Source: an uncultured virus (IMG/VR IMGVR_UViG_3300015360_000031) (taxonomy: Duplodnaviria > Heunggongvirae > Uroviricota > Caudoviricetes). From it: DNA of 64,000 nucleotides. Within the stretch, counting starts at the first letter, position 1; every line of letters begins with the position of its first letter. The position numbers and the translations under genes are program-made. Below the pieces are notes generated by a model, which saw nothing but the letters and a program-made list of their open reading frames with translations, made no database searches and was not told the origin of the DNA. Location of the stretch: IMG/VR virus record IMGVR_UViG_3300015360_000031; one strand, 5' to 3'. Of the stretch, positions 28,470 through 36,882 are shown piece after piece.

Positions 28470-28747
28470 AGCTGCCAACGCTTGCCGTCGCAAGACGCGA
28501 CCAAGCGTCCGCCGTGGTTCTTCCACTTGGTGCCGTCGCTCGTGTACTGCCCGCGGATCACAACTGACGTGCCCGCCGTACACGCCTCTTTCGCACGGCT
28601 CATCGCTGAGGCGATCGACGGTGCTGGTTCAAGACACTTCGTTCCCGCGCGCGTCGTCATGCACGCGCGGAACGTCTCACCCTTCGGGAACTTCGTTGGG
28701 TGATCCTGAATTACCCGCAGTCGGCGCTTCCTCCGCGCAACACTCAT
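28466..28747 (-). CDS. Small basic Cys-containing protein
   Basis: MSVARRKRR...; co-oriented cluster. Confidence 0.55.
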   Translation of the reverse strand: MSVARRKRRLRVIQDHPTKFPKGETFRACMTTRAGTKCLEPAPSIASAMSRAKEACTAGTSVVIRGQYTSDGTKWKNHGGRLVASCDGKRWQL

Positions 28748-28757
28748 CGGCGACTGC

Positions 28758-29018
28758 TCATCGCAGCACCGAGGCAACACCGAAGAGGAGCAGCGCGAGC
28801 CCGCCGAGCACGATCGGCTTGCGGTACTGCCAGAGCGGCGACTGGAACAGATCCATCATGCCGGCGAGCTGCTGCTCAGCCACGATGGGATCCGGTATGA
28901 CGGGCAGCGCGGTGTTCCGCGGGATCTGCACGTGCGCGTTGATGTTGATGTCGGGCGACGAGCTGATCTCGAAGCTCCAGCTCGGTGCCATTTCTGATCC
29001 GGATCGCGTGATCAACAT
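28758..29018 (-). CDS. Small C-terminally membrane-anchored protein
   Basis: PIVLGGLALLLFGVASVLR. Confidence 0.6.
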   Translation of the reverse strand: MLITRSGSEMAPSWSFEISSSPDININAHVQIPRNTALPVIPDPIVAEQQLAGMMDLFQSPLWQYRKPIVLGGLALLLFGVASVLR

Positions 29019-29354
29019 CTAGCGGCTCCGCTTGCGGCGCTTGGGTGGGCGCACGACAGCGCCGTTACCGCGCCAGTCGGCAAAGTCCTGCGTGCCTTGC
29101 GACGAGAACGAGATCGCCGCGCGTGCGGCCGAGATCATCGCACGAGGATCATCAACAGAGAGCCGCTTGCCGTGACGGCTCCGCGGCCCTGCGCCGGGCA
29201 ACCCAACGGAGACCGTCTCGCACGGGTAGCTCTTCCGGCCGTGCTTCGCGAGCGCGCTCGGGAATGGGCAGAGCTTGACCTTGTACTGATCCATTCGATC
29301 GTTGAACGCGACCTGGATACGTAGCTTGCCGCTCACGAGGTTGGTTTTCGCCAT
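29019..29354 (-). CDS. Basic protein
   Basis: Ends PPKRRKRSR; AAGGGG RBS. Confidence 0.6.
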   Translation of the reverse strand: MAKTNLVSGKLRIQVAFNDRMDQYKVKLCPFPSALAKHGRKSYPCETVSVGLPGAGPRSRHGKRLSVDDPRAMISAARAAISFSSQGTQDFADWRGNGAVVRPPKRRKRSR

Positions 29355-29356
29355 GG

Positions 29357-29611
29357 CTAGTTGTTCCCCTTGTAGATCTTCGTGGTCAGAAACTTCTTCG
29401 CGTTCGCGAACGCCTCCGTCGGCGTGCGCGCGTCTCCGACGGAGACCGGCAACTTGTTGCGGCCCACGACGAGGTTGACCGTGAAGCCGTGCGTGTTGCC
29501 CTCGACGCAGAGCTTCATGTTGTTCGTCCACGGCTCGCACTTCTTGTAGCCGACGAACTGCTTCGCGAGCGGTGCGCGCTCCGACGAGCCGAGGTTCTTA
29601 CGGCGCGCCAC
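29357..29611 (-). CDS. Small basic protein
   Basis: GTG overlapping the upstream stop; MARRKNLGSSER. Confidence 0.55.
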   Translation of the reverse strand: MARRKNLGSSERAPLAKQFVGYKKCEPWTNNMKLCVEGNTHGFTVNLVVGRNKLPVSVGDARTPTEAFANAKKFLTTKIYKGNN

Positions 29612-30021
29612 TACGCGCTCCTGCGCTGGCCGAAGCCCTGCGCGACGCCGATCACTGGGGTGATGACGGGGAACACGGTGCCCATGAGGAACCACCACGC
29701 GGCCCAACCGATGGACTGGTTGCGCTTGTAGCCGTGGTACGCGCTCGCGGCGCCGCTCACGATCGTGAGGATGCCGAACAGGCCCGCCGGGTTGTACCGA
29801 TCGGACGCGCTGAGCCACATCATCGACGAGCTGATGGTGGCCGCCGAGACACCGCGCGCGATCAGTAGTCGCGCCACGTCAGGGCGATCGGCTTTGCTGT
29901 ACAGCTTGAGGAAGTTCGAGACGTCCGACGAGCTCGGGCTCGGCGCCTTGAGCAAGAACCCGTCGATCTCCCTGTCGAGACCGGTGGGTGCAGGGTCAGA
30001 GAAGCCGAGGAGCTGGAACAT
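29611..30021 (-). CDS. Two-TM virion membrane protein
   Basis: MFQLLGFSD start; AYHGYKRNQSIGWAAWW...AQGFG. Confidence 0.7.
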   Translation of the reverse strand: MFQLLGFSDPAPTGLDREIDGFLLKAPSPSSSDVSNFLKLYSKADRPDVARLLIARGVSAATISSSMMWLSASDRYNPAGLFGILTIVSGAASAYHGYKRNQSIGWAAWWFLMGTVFPVITPVIGVAQGFGQRRSA

Positions 30022-30065
30022 CTCGCTAGCCTACACGAGCAGGCCAGGTTTCAGCACGATCAAGC

Positions 30066-30770
30066 TCACGCCGGAAAGTCGATCTTCTTTGCGAACCGTG
30101 CCTCGATGCCGAACTTGTCCGAGCCTGGGAGCGTGGTGTCGAGCGCGACGAACCGGCCGGTGTCGGTGAAACCCGCGTAGATGTGCGACCAGTCGGGATC
30201 ACCCTTCGCGCGGACCACGCGCAACACCGGGGTGAGCCCGTTGAGCGCGAGGAGGGTCGCGTTGAGGATCGAGTTGTCGTCACAGTCACCGCCACCGAAC
30301 TCCCACGTGCGCCGCGCGCTCTGGTAGAGGTCGATGCCTTCGACGCCGCCACCTGGATGCTTGATCGGTCCGATGTCGCCGGTGTAGCGAACGCGGCCCT
30401 TGACCGCGCGGTAGATCGCCTTCGCCTCGCACGCCTTGTCGCGCTCCTGACACTGCGCCGTGATCTGAAGCGCGAGCTTGCGCATCTGCGGATCCTGCAC
30501 TGACTTGTGCACGAGGTCTTGGATCGTCGCGAGCCGCTGCTCGATCGGCATGCCCGCGCTCGCACGCATCTGCGTTTTCATCCGGCCATCGTTGTACGCG
30601 CCGATCACCGGCGCTTGGCGCGTCGTGCGCCCGAGACCTGCCATCATGCCGTGCGCCGGTACGCCGGCGAGCGCGAGCACTTTGCGCTCTCGGTAGTACA
30701 TCGCACCACCGAGCGCGAGGAGGCCGAGACCGCTGATGGCTGAGAACCAGGCGAGGCGTTCGTTCTGCAC
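30066..30770 (-). CDS. Transglutaminase-like cysteine protease with N-terminal TM (maturation protease candidate)
   Basis: VRYTGD, GGDCDD (Cys), WSHIY (His), VALDTT (Asp) triad pattern. Confidence 0.8.
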   Translation of the reverse strand: MQNERLAWFSAISGLGLLALGGAMYYRERKVLALAGVPAHGMMAGLGRTTRQAPVIGAYNDGRMKTQMRASAGMPIEQRLATIQDLVHKSVQDPQMRKLALQITAQCQERDKACEAKAIYRAVKGRVRYTGDIGPIKHPGGGVEGIDLYQSARRTWEFGGGDCDDNSILNATLLALNGLTPVLRVVRAKGDPDWSHIYAGFTDTGRFVALDTTLPGSDKFGIEARFAKKIDFPA

Positions 30771-30806
30771 GTCTTGAAACTAACACAGCGTGATAGATCT
30801 TGACCC

Positions 30807-32237
30807 ATGCTCCTTTTTGGCCTCGGGAACACTGCGGCACGGGCTGCGATGCAGTCGACATACAACGTGGAGCTCGTCCAAGGCGGCGCGGGAACGGTGT
30901 TCGATCCCAAGCACGGCGGGGGCTTCACGATCCAGCAGCACCACTTCGTCTCGGTCTACAAGGAGGTCAATCCGTACTGGCCGCCCCCAGCCGATAGCGT
31001 GGCCCGCGCGGCATGGGCGAAAGAAAACACCACCGCGCAGGAGGCATGGCGCACGAAGGTTCGCGCAGCGTCCACCATTTTTCCCACCTGCGCTGCGGAT
31101 ACTGTCACCGGCCCCAACGCCTGCCACCAGGAGATGGGTGAATACGCGGCGGCGCATCACTTCGATCCGATCGCCAGCAAGCGCGTGACAGACCCGATCA
31201 GCTTCATACCGCCCGGCGTGTTCGAGTTCTATCGTGTCCCGTTCGTACTCAAGGATTTGGCTGAGGGGCGTTTCAAGCGCGTCTACGCACCCACGCCTGA
31301 GCAACGGCGTGATGCTGAGCTCGCGATCATCCTCGCCTCGCAAGTTCACCTGTTCGGATCTGGTGGCTGGCCGAGCGCCATGGACAGCGGGCCTATCACG
31401 CGCCCGCTCGTACACAGCTCTTTGGCGAACTACGCTGCCGGTGGTGACGCAATCTTGCGTGGAATGCGCGCTGCCGTGCGGACGAGCGCCAGCTACGTCA
31501 CAACCGCGGATCTGACAGCGCTCGCAAGAAAAATGTCCGTCGATCAAATGCTCGCGATCGTCCCCGACATGGCGTTGTTCCTTGTCAACTTCGTGCGCAA
31601 CCCGATTCAGCCGTCCTACGCGCAGCGGACTGAACCTGGTGGATGGGCGTCGTGGCTCGCAAGTGGTGGCTACCCACTCTCGCGTGCGGTTGCCGCAGGA
31701 CAGATCACTACGGGCCGCGGTGTTCCTCAGTTCTGCATGACATCCCTCTGCCAATGCCCCGCAGTTGAAGGCACGTGGGGTGGATTTGCTGCATGCGCTG
31801 CGGGCTGCCTCACACGCAAAGGCACGATTGGCAGCTACCGCAACAAGGATGATTGCGCAGCATTCAGCGCCTTCGTTGCGGTCTCTCAGGATCTGACCAA
31901 TCCGTACCCCTTCATGCTGACGCTCGTCAGCGAAGATCCGCCTTCCGTTTGGGAGCGCATGAAGCGCGCGGTCGGTGGAGTCTTGGAGCGCGATCTTCCT
32001 GCGCTCGTTTGCGGTCCCGGCACAGCAGCCGCGCAAGGATCTGCCAACCCAACCACGAAAGCGTATGGCGCGTACTTGAGCTGGGTTTGCGGTCGATTCA
32101 CGATGCCGGATGCACCGGTGCCATTGCCGGCGCCAGATCAAGATGAGCCACCACCGTTGGTGTCATTCAAGATTCCATGGTGGCTCGTCGTGCTCGGTGG
32201 TGTCAGCGCAGGCGCCTACGCGTTCTCGCGCAAGTAA
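30807..32237 (+). CDS. Large Cys-rich C-terminally anchored virion protein
   Basis: MLLFGLGN start; multiple Cys; IPWWLVVLGGVSAGAYAF TM. Confidence 0.7.
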   Translation: MLLFGLGNTAARAAMQSTYNVELVQGGAGTVFDPKHGGGFTIQQHHFVSVYKEVNPYWPPPADSVARAAWAKENTTAQEAWRTKVRAASTIFPTCAADTVTGPNACHQEMGEYAAAHHFDPIASKRVTDPISFIPPGVFEFYRVPFVLKDLAEGRFKRVYAPTPEQRRDAELAIILASQVHLFGSGGWPSAMDSGPITRPLVHSSLANYAAGGDAILRGMRAAVRTSASYVTTADLTALARKMSVDQMLAIVPDMALFLVNFVRNPIQPSYAQRTEPGGWASWLASGGYPLSRAVAAGQITTGRGVPQFCMTSLCQCPAVEGTWGGFAACAAGCLTRKGTIGSYRNKDDCAAFSAFVAVSQDLTNPYPFMLTLVSEDPPSVWERMKRAVGGVLERDLPALVCGPGTAAAQGSANPTTKAYGAYLSWVCGRFTMPDAPVPLPAPDQDEPPPLVSFKIPWWLVVLGGVSAGAYAFSRK

Positions 32238-32265
32238 ATTCAGACCCCGTGATAGGGTTCTGGGG

Positions 32266-32793
32266 ATGCTCATGGTCAACCCCACCCACGGGCTCCGCGG
32301 CCCTTCTTTCCTGAACGGCCTCAACGCAGCAAACGCCAGCATCGAGACGTTGCAGCGTGCGCTGACCAACCTCGCGATCTCGTCGGGCCGCCCCGCCATC
32401 AACCCCGGCCCGATCAACGGCGTGCTCAACGACTCAACGATGGTTGCGGTGAGCGCCGCACACGGCATCATCACCGAGCAGCTGCCGAGCTGGATGTATC
32501 TCGCACTGCAAGCCGCGATGATGGTCGGCGCCACGAACTCCACCGCGAAGAGTTACGTCACGCAGTATGCGCCGCAGCTCACGATCGCGATCAACACCGC
32601 CGCGGTGAAGTACAAGCAGCAGCAGCCGAGCAGCAACGTGATGATCTATCAGCCGGCCGCCACGCAGCCGCAGGGCGTCTTCGCAGCGCTGTTCCCTGTA
32701 GACTGGTACAAAAAGCCAACGTGGGGCCTCGCGCTCGCACTGATCGGCGCGTTCGGGTTCTACAAGTTCTTCATCGCGGCCCCCTCGAAGTAA
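32266..32793 (+). CDS. Membrane-anchored protein with PG-binding-like domain
   Basis: IETLQRALTNL...NPGPINGVLNDST; WYKKP then TM. Confidence 0.65.
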   Translation: MLMVNPTHGLRGPSFLNGLNAANASIETLQRALTNLAISSGRPAINPGPINGVLNDSTMVAVSAAHGIITEQLPSWMYLALQAAMMVGATNSTAKSYVTQYAPQLTIAINTAAVKYKQQQPSSNVMIYQPAATQPQGVFAALFPVDWYKKPTWGLALALIGAFGFYKFFIAAPSK

Positions 32794-32810
32794 CCCGGAA
32801 GGATCTGCAC

Positions 32811-33089
32811 ATGTTCCAGCTACGCGGCCTCGGTGATTGCACCGCCACCCCGAACGATCCAGTCTGCATGGCGTTCTACAACACCTCCTCACCTACGATG
32901 GTGCTGTGGCAGGGGTTTCATGCGAACACACCGCCCGGTGCCAGCGTGCAGCAGCCAACGCCTGACAAGAGCATCACCGTAACGCAACCCGCGAGCTCGG
33001 CCTGGTACAAGTCATGGTGGGGCATCGGCCTTCTCGCGATCGGCGCGTTCGGGGCCTACAAGTACAGCCGCCCGAAGGCGAATCGCTGA
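32811..33089 (+). CDS. Small membrane-anchored virion protein
   Basis: MFQLRGLGD start; WYKSWW then TM. Confidence 0.7.
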   Translation: MFQLRGLGDCTATPNDPVCMAFYNTSSPTMVLWQGFHANTPPGASVQQPTPDKSITVTQPASSAWYKSWWGIGLLAIGAFGAYKYSRPKANR

Positions 33090-33093
33090 GCCC

Positions 33094-33468
33094 ATGGCGC
33101 AGCTGCGCGGCATAACGGATGATCTCTTGACCCTGATCAATCAGGGTCCCGCGGTCGCACAGAACCTCGCAGCGATCATCCGCCGCGTGAATCCGTACAT
33201 CGGCACCGTGCGTCGGGTTGTCGACGATCCAGCGTTCCCGACTTTGATGCAACGGGTCCAGACGATCACGAACATGACCCCAAGCTCTGGCGGTGGCGGT
33301 GGCGGTGGCGGTAGCGGGAGCATCGGGCTCGCGAAGGCCGTGCCACTGCTCGACGGCTACATCTACGCGCTACGCAACCCATGGGCGCCGTGGCTCGCCG
33401 GGCTCGGCATCCTCGCGCTGATCGGCGGCGTCGGGTATCGTATGGGGCAACGGAAGGCCGGTCGATGA
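33094..33468 (+). CDS. Small membrane-anchored protein with poly-Gly linker
   Basis: MAQLRGI start; SSGGGGGGGGSGS; C-terminal TM. Confidence 0.7.
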   Translation: MAQLRGITDDLLTLINQGPAVAQNLAAIIRRVNPYIGTVRRVVDDPAFPTLMQRVQTITNMTPSSGGGGGGGGSGSIGLAKAVPLLDGYIYALRNPWAPWLAGLGILALIGGVGYRMGQRKAGR

Positions 33469-33683
33469 TGCACTTCACCAACACCGTCGGCGTCGCACCG
33501 GGGACCACCACCATGCAGCTCGCAGGCACCAACGTTCGGCTCTGGGGCACACTCAACCAGCAACCGCTCGGCGCGATCGACACACGCGCGCGGATTCGCT
33601 GGGACATCATCGGGTTGATCGGAGGCATCGCGCTCATCACGGCGACGCTGACTGGGCTGATTGCCGGCTCGCTCGGCAAGTAG
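33465..33683 (+). CDS. Small membrane protein sharing its N-terminal peptide with the capsid candidate
   Basis: TVGVAPGTTT identical to residues 4-13 of 23292..23999; C-terminal TM. Confidence 0.65.
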   Translation: MMHFTNTVGVAPGTTTMQLAGTNVRLWGTLNQQPLGAIDTRARIRWDIIGLIGGIALITATLTGLIAGSLGK

Positions 33684-33718
33684 TGATCGAACCCGCGGGC
33701 CGGTGGTAGGCTGATCGC

Positions 33719-34099
33719 ATGATCATCGTCAACCCCGATCCGACCTTCACGCAGTACAGCCCCGCGGGTCGCGTCACAGGTAACCTGCGCATCGGTCGCG
33801 CGCAGCCGAGCTACCTCAACGATGATCCGATGTGGAACGAGCGCGGCGAGGGTGGCTACTACCACGACACGCAGCTCGGCGGGCGCCGGCGCGGGCGCGG
33901 GCTGTTCTCAGCGTTGCGTGCGAAGCTCGGGCTCGGCGACGCCGTGCCGGCGACCACCGATGATGTCGTCTCGATGATGAACGCGCACAACGATCGCGTG
34001 TTCGCGCTCACCGTCGTGTCGACGACCGCCGTTGCGGTCTCCGCAATGCTGACCGTGTTCCGCACGCTCAAGCTGATCCGCGAAGACGCACGCAGCTAG
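33719..34099 (+). CDS. Membrane-anchored virion protein
   Basis: KLGLGDA; C-terminal hydrophobic helix; ATG 6 nt after TGG-TAGGCT. Confidence 0.65.
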   Translation: MIIVNPDPTFTQYSPAGRVTGNLRIGRAQPSYLNDDPMWNERGEGGYYHDTQLGGRRRGRGLFSALRAKLGLGDAVPATTDDVVSMMNAHNDRVFALTVVSTTAVAVSAMLTVFRTLKLIREDARS

Positions 34100-34374
34100 T
34101 TCTTCGCCTTCCGTTTTGCAGCATCGAGCTGCTTTGCAAGGTCCGGGTTTGCCGCGAGCAGCTCCTTCGATCGCCGATCGATGTCAGCGTAGCTGATGAA
34201 CCATCCGCGACCAGGCACGTGAAGGAAGAGCTCGCAGCCTGGGCAGATCCAGATTGCAGGGATCATGCGCATGCTCCCCGCGGTGCCCTCCGCGATCGTG
34301 AACTCCTGCGGGCCGGCGCATACATCACACTGCGGGCAGTGGTTGTACTCGCAGATGGTGTGTGGTTCAGCCAT
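34096..34374 (-). CDS. Small zinc-binding-like protein
   Basis: HCPQCDVC...ICPGC. Confidence 0.55.
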   Translation of the reverse strand: MAEPHTICEYNHCPQCDVCAGPQEFTIAEGTAGSMRMIPAIWICPGCELFLHVPGRGWFISYADIDRRSKELLAANPDLAKQLDAAKRKAKN

Positions 34375-34382
34375 CTGTTGAC

Positions 34383-34640
34383 CTATCCCAACTTGCGCAG
34401 CCACGCAACCGCGGCATTGACGAGCTTCTGTTTCCAGCCACGCCCGATGAACGCCGCCGATCTCTTGTTCTTGAAGCTGCCGATCGTGGTAATGCCCGCG
34501 CGAAACCCTCGACGCTCCCAGTCGATCGTGGCCATGCAATGGGCAGGCGACGTCACGATAGAGCAGTCGCGCCCATAGATGTCATTTTGGATCCTCCAGC
34601 CATCGGGGACTTTGAGGGCGTCGTTATTCGACATCATCAT
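34383..34640 (-). CDS. Hypothetical protein
   Basis: Protein-like 3' part of ORF 34383..34865. Confidence 0.45.
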   Translation of the reverse strand: MMMSNNDALKVPDGWRIQNDIYGRDCSIVTSPAHCMATIDWERRGFRAGITTIGSFKNKRSAAFIGRGWKQKLVNAAVAWLRKLG

Positions 34641-34932
34641 CCTGATCAAGCACGAGCGGGCGATCCGTAGGGAGCCCATCCTCATCGAGCTTGGGTGGCG
34701 GTGCCGCCTTCTGTTGAGCTGTGAACGCGCGGTGCTCGCGGCCTGTGTTGAGCTGGATGTCGACGGTGCTTTGACTGCGGAACGCGCGCTTGCGCTCCAT
34801 GCGCCGCGACGCCTTGTTCGGCTTGAGCGTGATTCGCTTCGCCGCGTCGAGGGTGAGCACGACACGGTTACCCACGCGCACCTGGTTTGCTTGCAGCTTC
34901 GAGAGTGGCGGTGAGTTTTTCTTGCGCTTCAT
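34624..34932 (-). CDS. Basic hypothetical protein
   Basis: Directly follows the glycosyltransferase gene. Confidence 0.5.
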   Translation of the reverse strand: MKRKKNSPPLSKLQANQVRVGNRVVLTLDAAKRITLKPNKASRRMERKRAFRSQSTVDIQLNTGREHRAFTAQQKAAPPPKLDEDGLPTDRPLVLDQDDDVE

Positions 34933-34935
34933 GAT

Positions 34936-35634
34936 CTAGCCCACGCTGTAGAGGGGGAATGGCCGTGAAAGATGCCCGGTACGGATGCGGGTGTCGACGA
35001 AGATCGTGCCCTCGTTCGCGCGCGTTTGCCGACAGAACTCCATGTCTTCGGAGAGCCCACCGGCGAACTTGAACAGCGCCTCGTGCTTCACGGCACGCTG
35101 CACGTTGAACGCGAACACCGCGGTCGCCGCCGCATCAATCTCGACGAGCCCGCGCTGCTCAGGCTTGAACGGCAAGAGCTTGCCGAACACGTACGGGGCA
35201 CCCTCATCCATGAAGTGCTCACGTTGCATCTGAGCCTTGTAGATCATCTGCTCGTAGTCGCCGACAATCGTCGCCTGCCGTCGAGCCACCGGTGCAACCA
35301 CCACCGATGCCCCCCAACGATCGGCGTCGGAGAGCATGCGGAGGAGCAGAAACCCCGCGTCAGTGCCGGCTTGCTGATCCTGACCACTCGGCTCGACCCA
35401 GGTGTCTGCGTCGACCATCAGCAACCAGTCCGCGCCCGCGGTGACCGAACGTGCGAAGAGATAGTTGCGGGCCTGATCCACACCGTTGATGTCGGCCGTA
35501 TCGAATGCGACGAGCTCGAACCGCTCATGCGAGCCACCTAGCGTGTTCCCGAACTCCATCCACATGCGCGCGTGGTGCATCGAGATGTACCCGCCGTAGG
35601 CCGGGATACCGATCGCCAATCGTAACTTGCTCAT
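34936..35634 (-). CDS. Glycosyltransferase, GT-A-like
   Basis: IGIPAYG, ARN, LLMVDAD (DxD), SEDMEFC, RTGH. Confidence 0.8.
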   Translation of the reverse strand: MSKLRLAIGIPAYGGYISMHHARMWMEFGNTLGGSHERFELVAFDTADINGVDQARNYLFARSVTAGADWLLMVDADTWVEPSGQDQQAGTDAGFLLLRMLSDADRWGASVVVAPVARRQATIVGDYEQMIYKAQMQREHFMDEGAPYVFGKLLPFKPEQRGLVEIDAAATAVFAFNVQRAVKHEALFKFAGGLSEDMEFCRQTRANEGTIFVDTRIRTGHLSRPFPLYSVG

Positions 35635-35662
35635 ACTTCAGGGCTCCTTGTAGTCTCGTGAG

Positions 35663-35962
35663 ATGGCTCAACCGTCATTGCCCACGTATGCAACCGCCGC
35701 GAGTGTGCTCGAAAGGGACAAAGGCTCGGGCATCCGGTTGATGGGATGGACGCTCGCGCGGACGATTATGATCGGACCGCCGATGATGGTGGTCGGCGTC
35801 CCCGCCCGGCAGGCATTCGCCGGCGCGTTCTTCGCGTCGGGTTTGATCAGCCTGTTCACGTTGCTGCGCATCTTCGATGCACGCTCGACGGGACTCGCGG
35901 GAATCAAGGGCGCTCGTCGGTACGCACGCGGCGGTACGCGCCGTTCCACGCGACGGCGATAG
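35663..35962 (+). CDS. Small membrane protein with basic tail
   Basis: ATG 6 nt after TAGTCT; hydrophobic segments. Confidence 0.6.
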   Translation: MAQPSLPTYATAASVLERDKGSGIRLMGWTLARTIMIGPPMMVVGVPARQAFAGAFFASGLISLFTLLRIFDARSTGLAGIKGARRYARGGTRRSTRRR

Positions 35963-36206
35963 GCCCGAGCGGCCAGAACAGGCCGAGTACGATCCCGAGT
36001 GCGAACGACAACACGAACCAGTACGGCTCCGGTGCGATCTCAGGATCCGTGTTGAGGATGTCACGGGCTGCGACGGTGGCGAGCAGCCCGAGGATGACCA
36101 CGGTGATGACGCCACCGATCAGCAGGTAGAGCCCGGGGCCGATCAGCATGAACACCATCGCCGACGTGGCGAGCGTGATCAGCGCCTGAAAGACGAAGGT
36201 GATCAT
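35904..36206 (-). CDS. Multi-TM membrane protein
   Basis: Three hydrophobic segments; coupled to the J-domain gene. Confidence 0.55.
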   Translation of the reverse strand: MITFVFQALITLATSAMVFMLIGPGLYLLIGGVITVVILGLLATVAARDILNTDPEIAPEPYWFVLSFALGIVLGLFWPLGPIAVAWNGAYRRVRTDERP

Positions 36207-36850
36207 CCCTTCACCGTGGTCACGGCGAGGTAGTTCTTCGCATCATCGAATGCTTCGTTGATGAGCATCATCTGCTCGGTAGATCCGCCATGGTCCGGGT
36301 GTGCGATCTTGGCGAGCTTGCGGTAGCGGCTGTTGACGATCGCGCCCAAATCCTCGGATTCGAGCTCGAACAACTCCTTGTCGATCTCCAACGTCACCCA
36401 CCAATCGATCTTCTCGACCGGCGCCGACCCGGCAGGCAACGCACGGAAGCCCTCAAACGCGCGATCGACGACCTGGCTCGCACCCCACCGTGTGATGCCA
36501 CGCAACGATTCTAGCGACTTCGCGATCGCCTTCAGGTTTTCGCCGGGGGTGAGCCAGCGATCGCACGCCATGACGCGCTCGACGTTGCCGCTCTGCATCC
36601 ACCACACCGCAACACCTGGATCCGCGAGTCGTGACGCCTCCGCACGACCGTCTGGTGTGCCCTTGTTGTTCAAGGGCAGATTGCTCGTGACGATGATGTT
36701 CGCGCCGCGAATGCGTGCGATCTCGTAGCGAACCGCGTCACGGGCGAGGCCATAACCACGCGCGAACCGCGAGCTCGTGCGCGTGAACGACTTCGTTCGG
36801 ATCCACCCCTCAGGCCAAGCGAGCGGGAACGGGTCACGAGGGGTTGCCAT
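36203..36850 (-). CDS. Phage J-domain (DnaJ-like) protein
   Basis: PLAWPEGW...DPGVAVWW...ACDRW, C-terminal YRKLAKIAHPDHGGS...INEA (HPD). Confidence 0.85.
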   Translation of the reverse strand: MATPRDPFPLAWPEGWIRTKSFTRTSSRFARGYGLARDAVRYEIARIRGANIIVTSNLPLNNKGTPDGRAEASRLADPGVAVWWMQSGNVERVMACDRWLTPGENLKAIAKSLESLRGITRWGASQVVDRAFEGFRALPAGSAPVEKIDWWVTLEIDKELFELESEDLGAIVNSRYRKLAKIAHPDHGGSTEQMMLINEAFDDAKNYLAVTTVKG

Positions 36851-36856
36851 ACCCCC

Positions 36857-36879
36857 GTTGTAGCGCGTGGGGCTGACAG
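36857..36879 (-). promoter_or_regulatory. Viral promoter motif copy
   Basis: CTGTCAGCCCCACGCGC-TACAAC, 6 nt before ATG 36850. Confidence 0.75.
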
Positions 36880-36882
36880 CCC

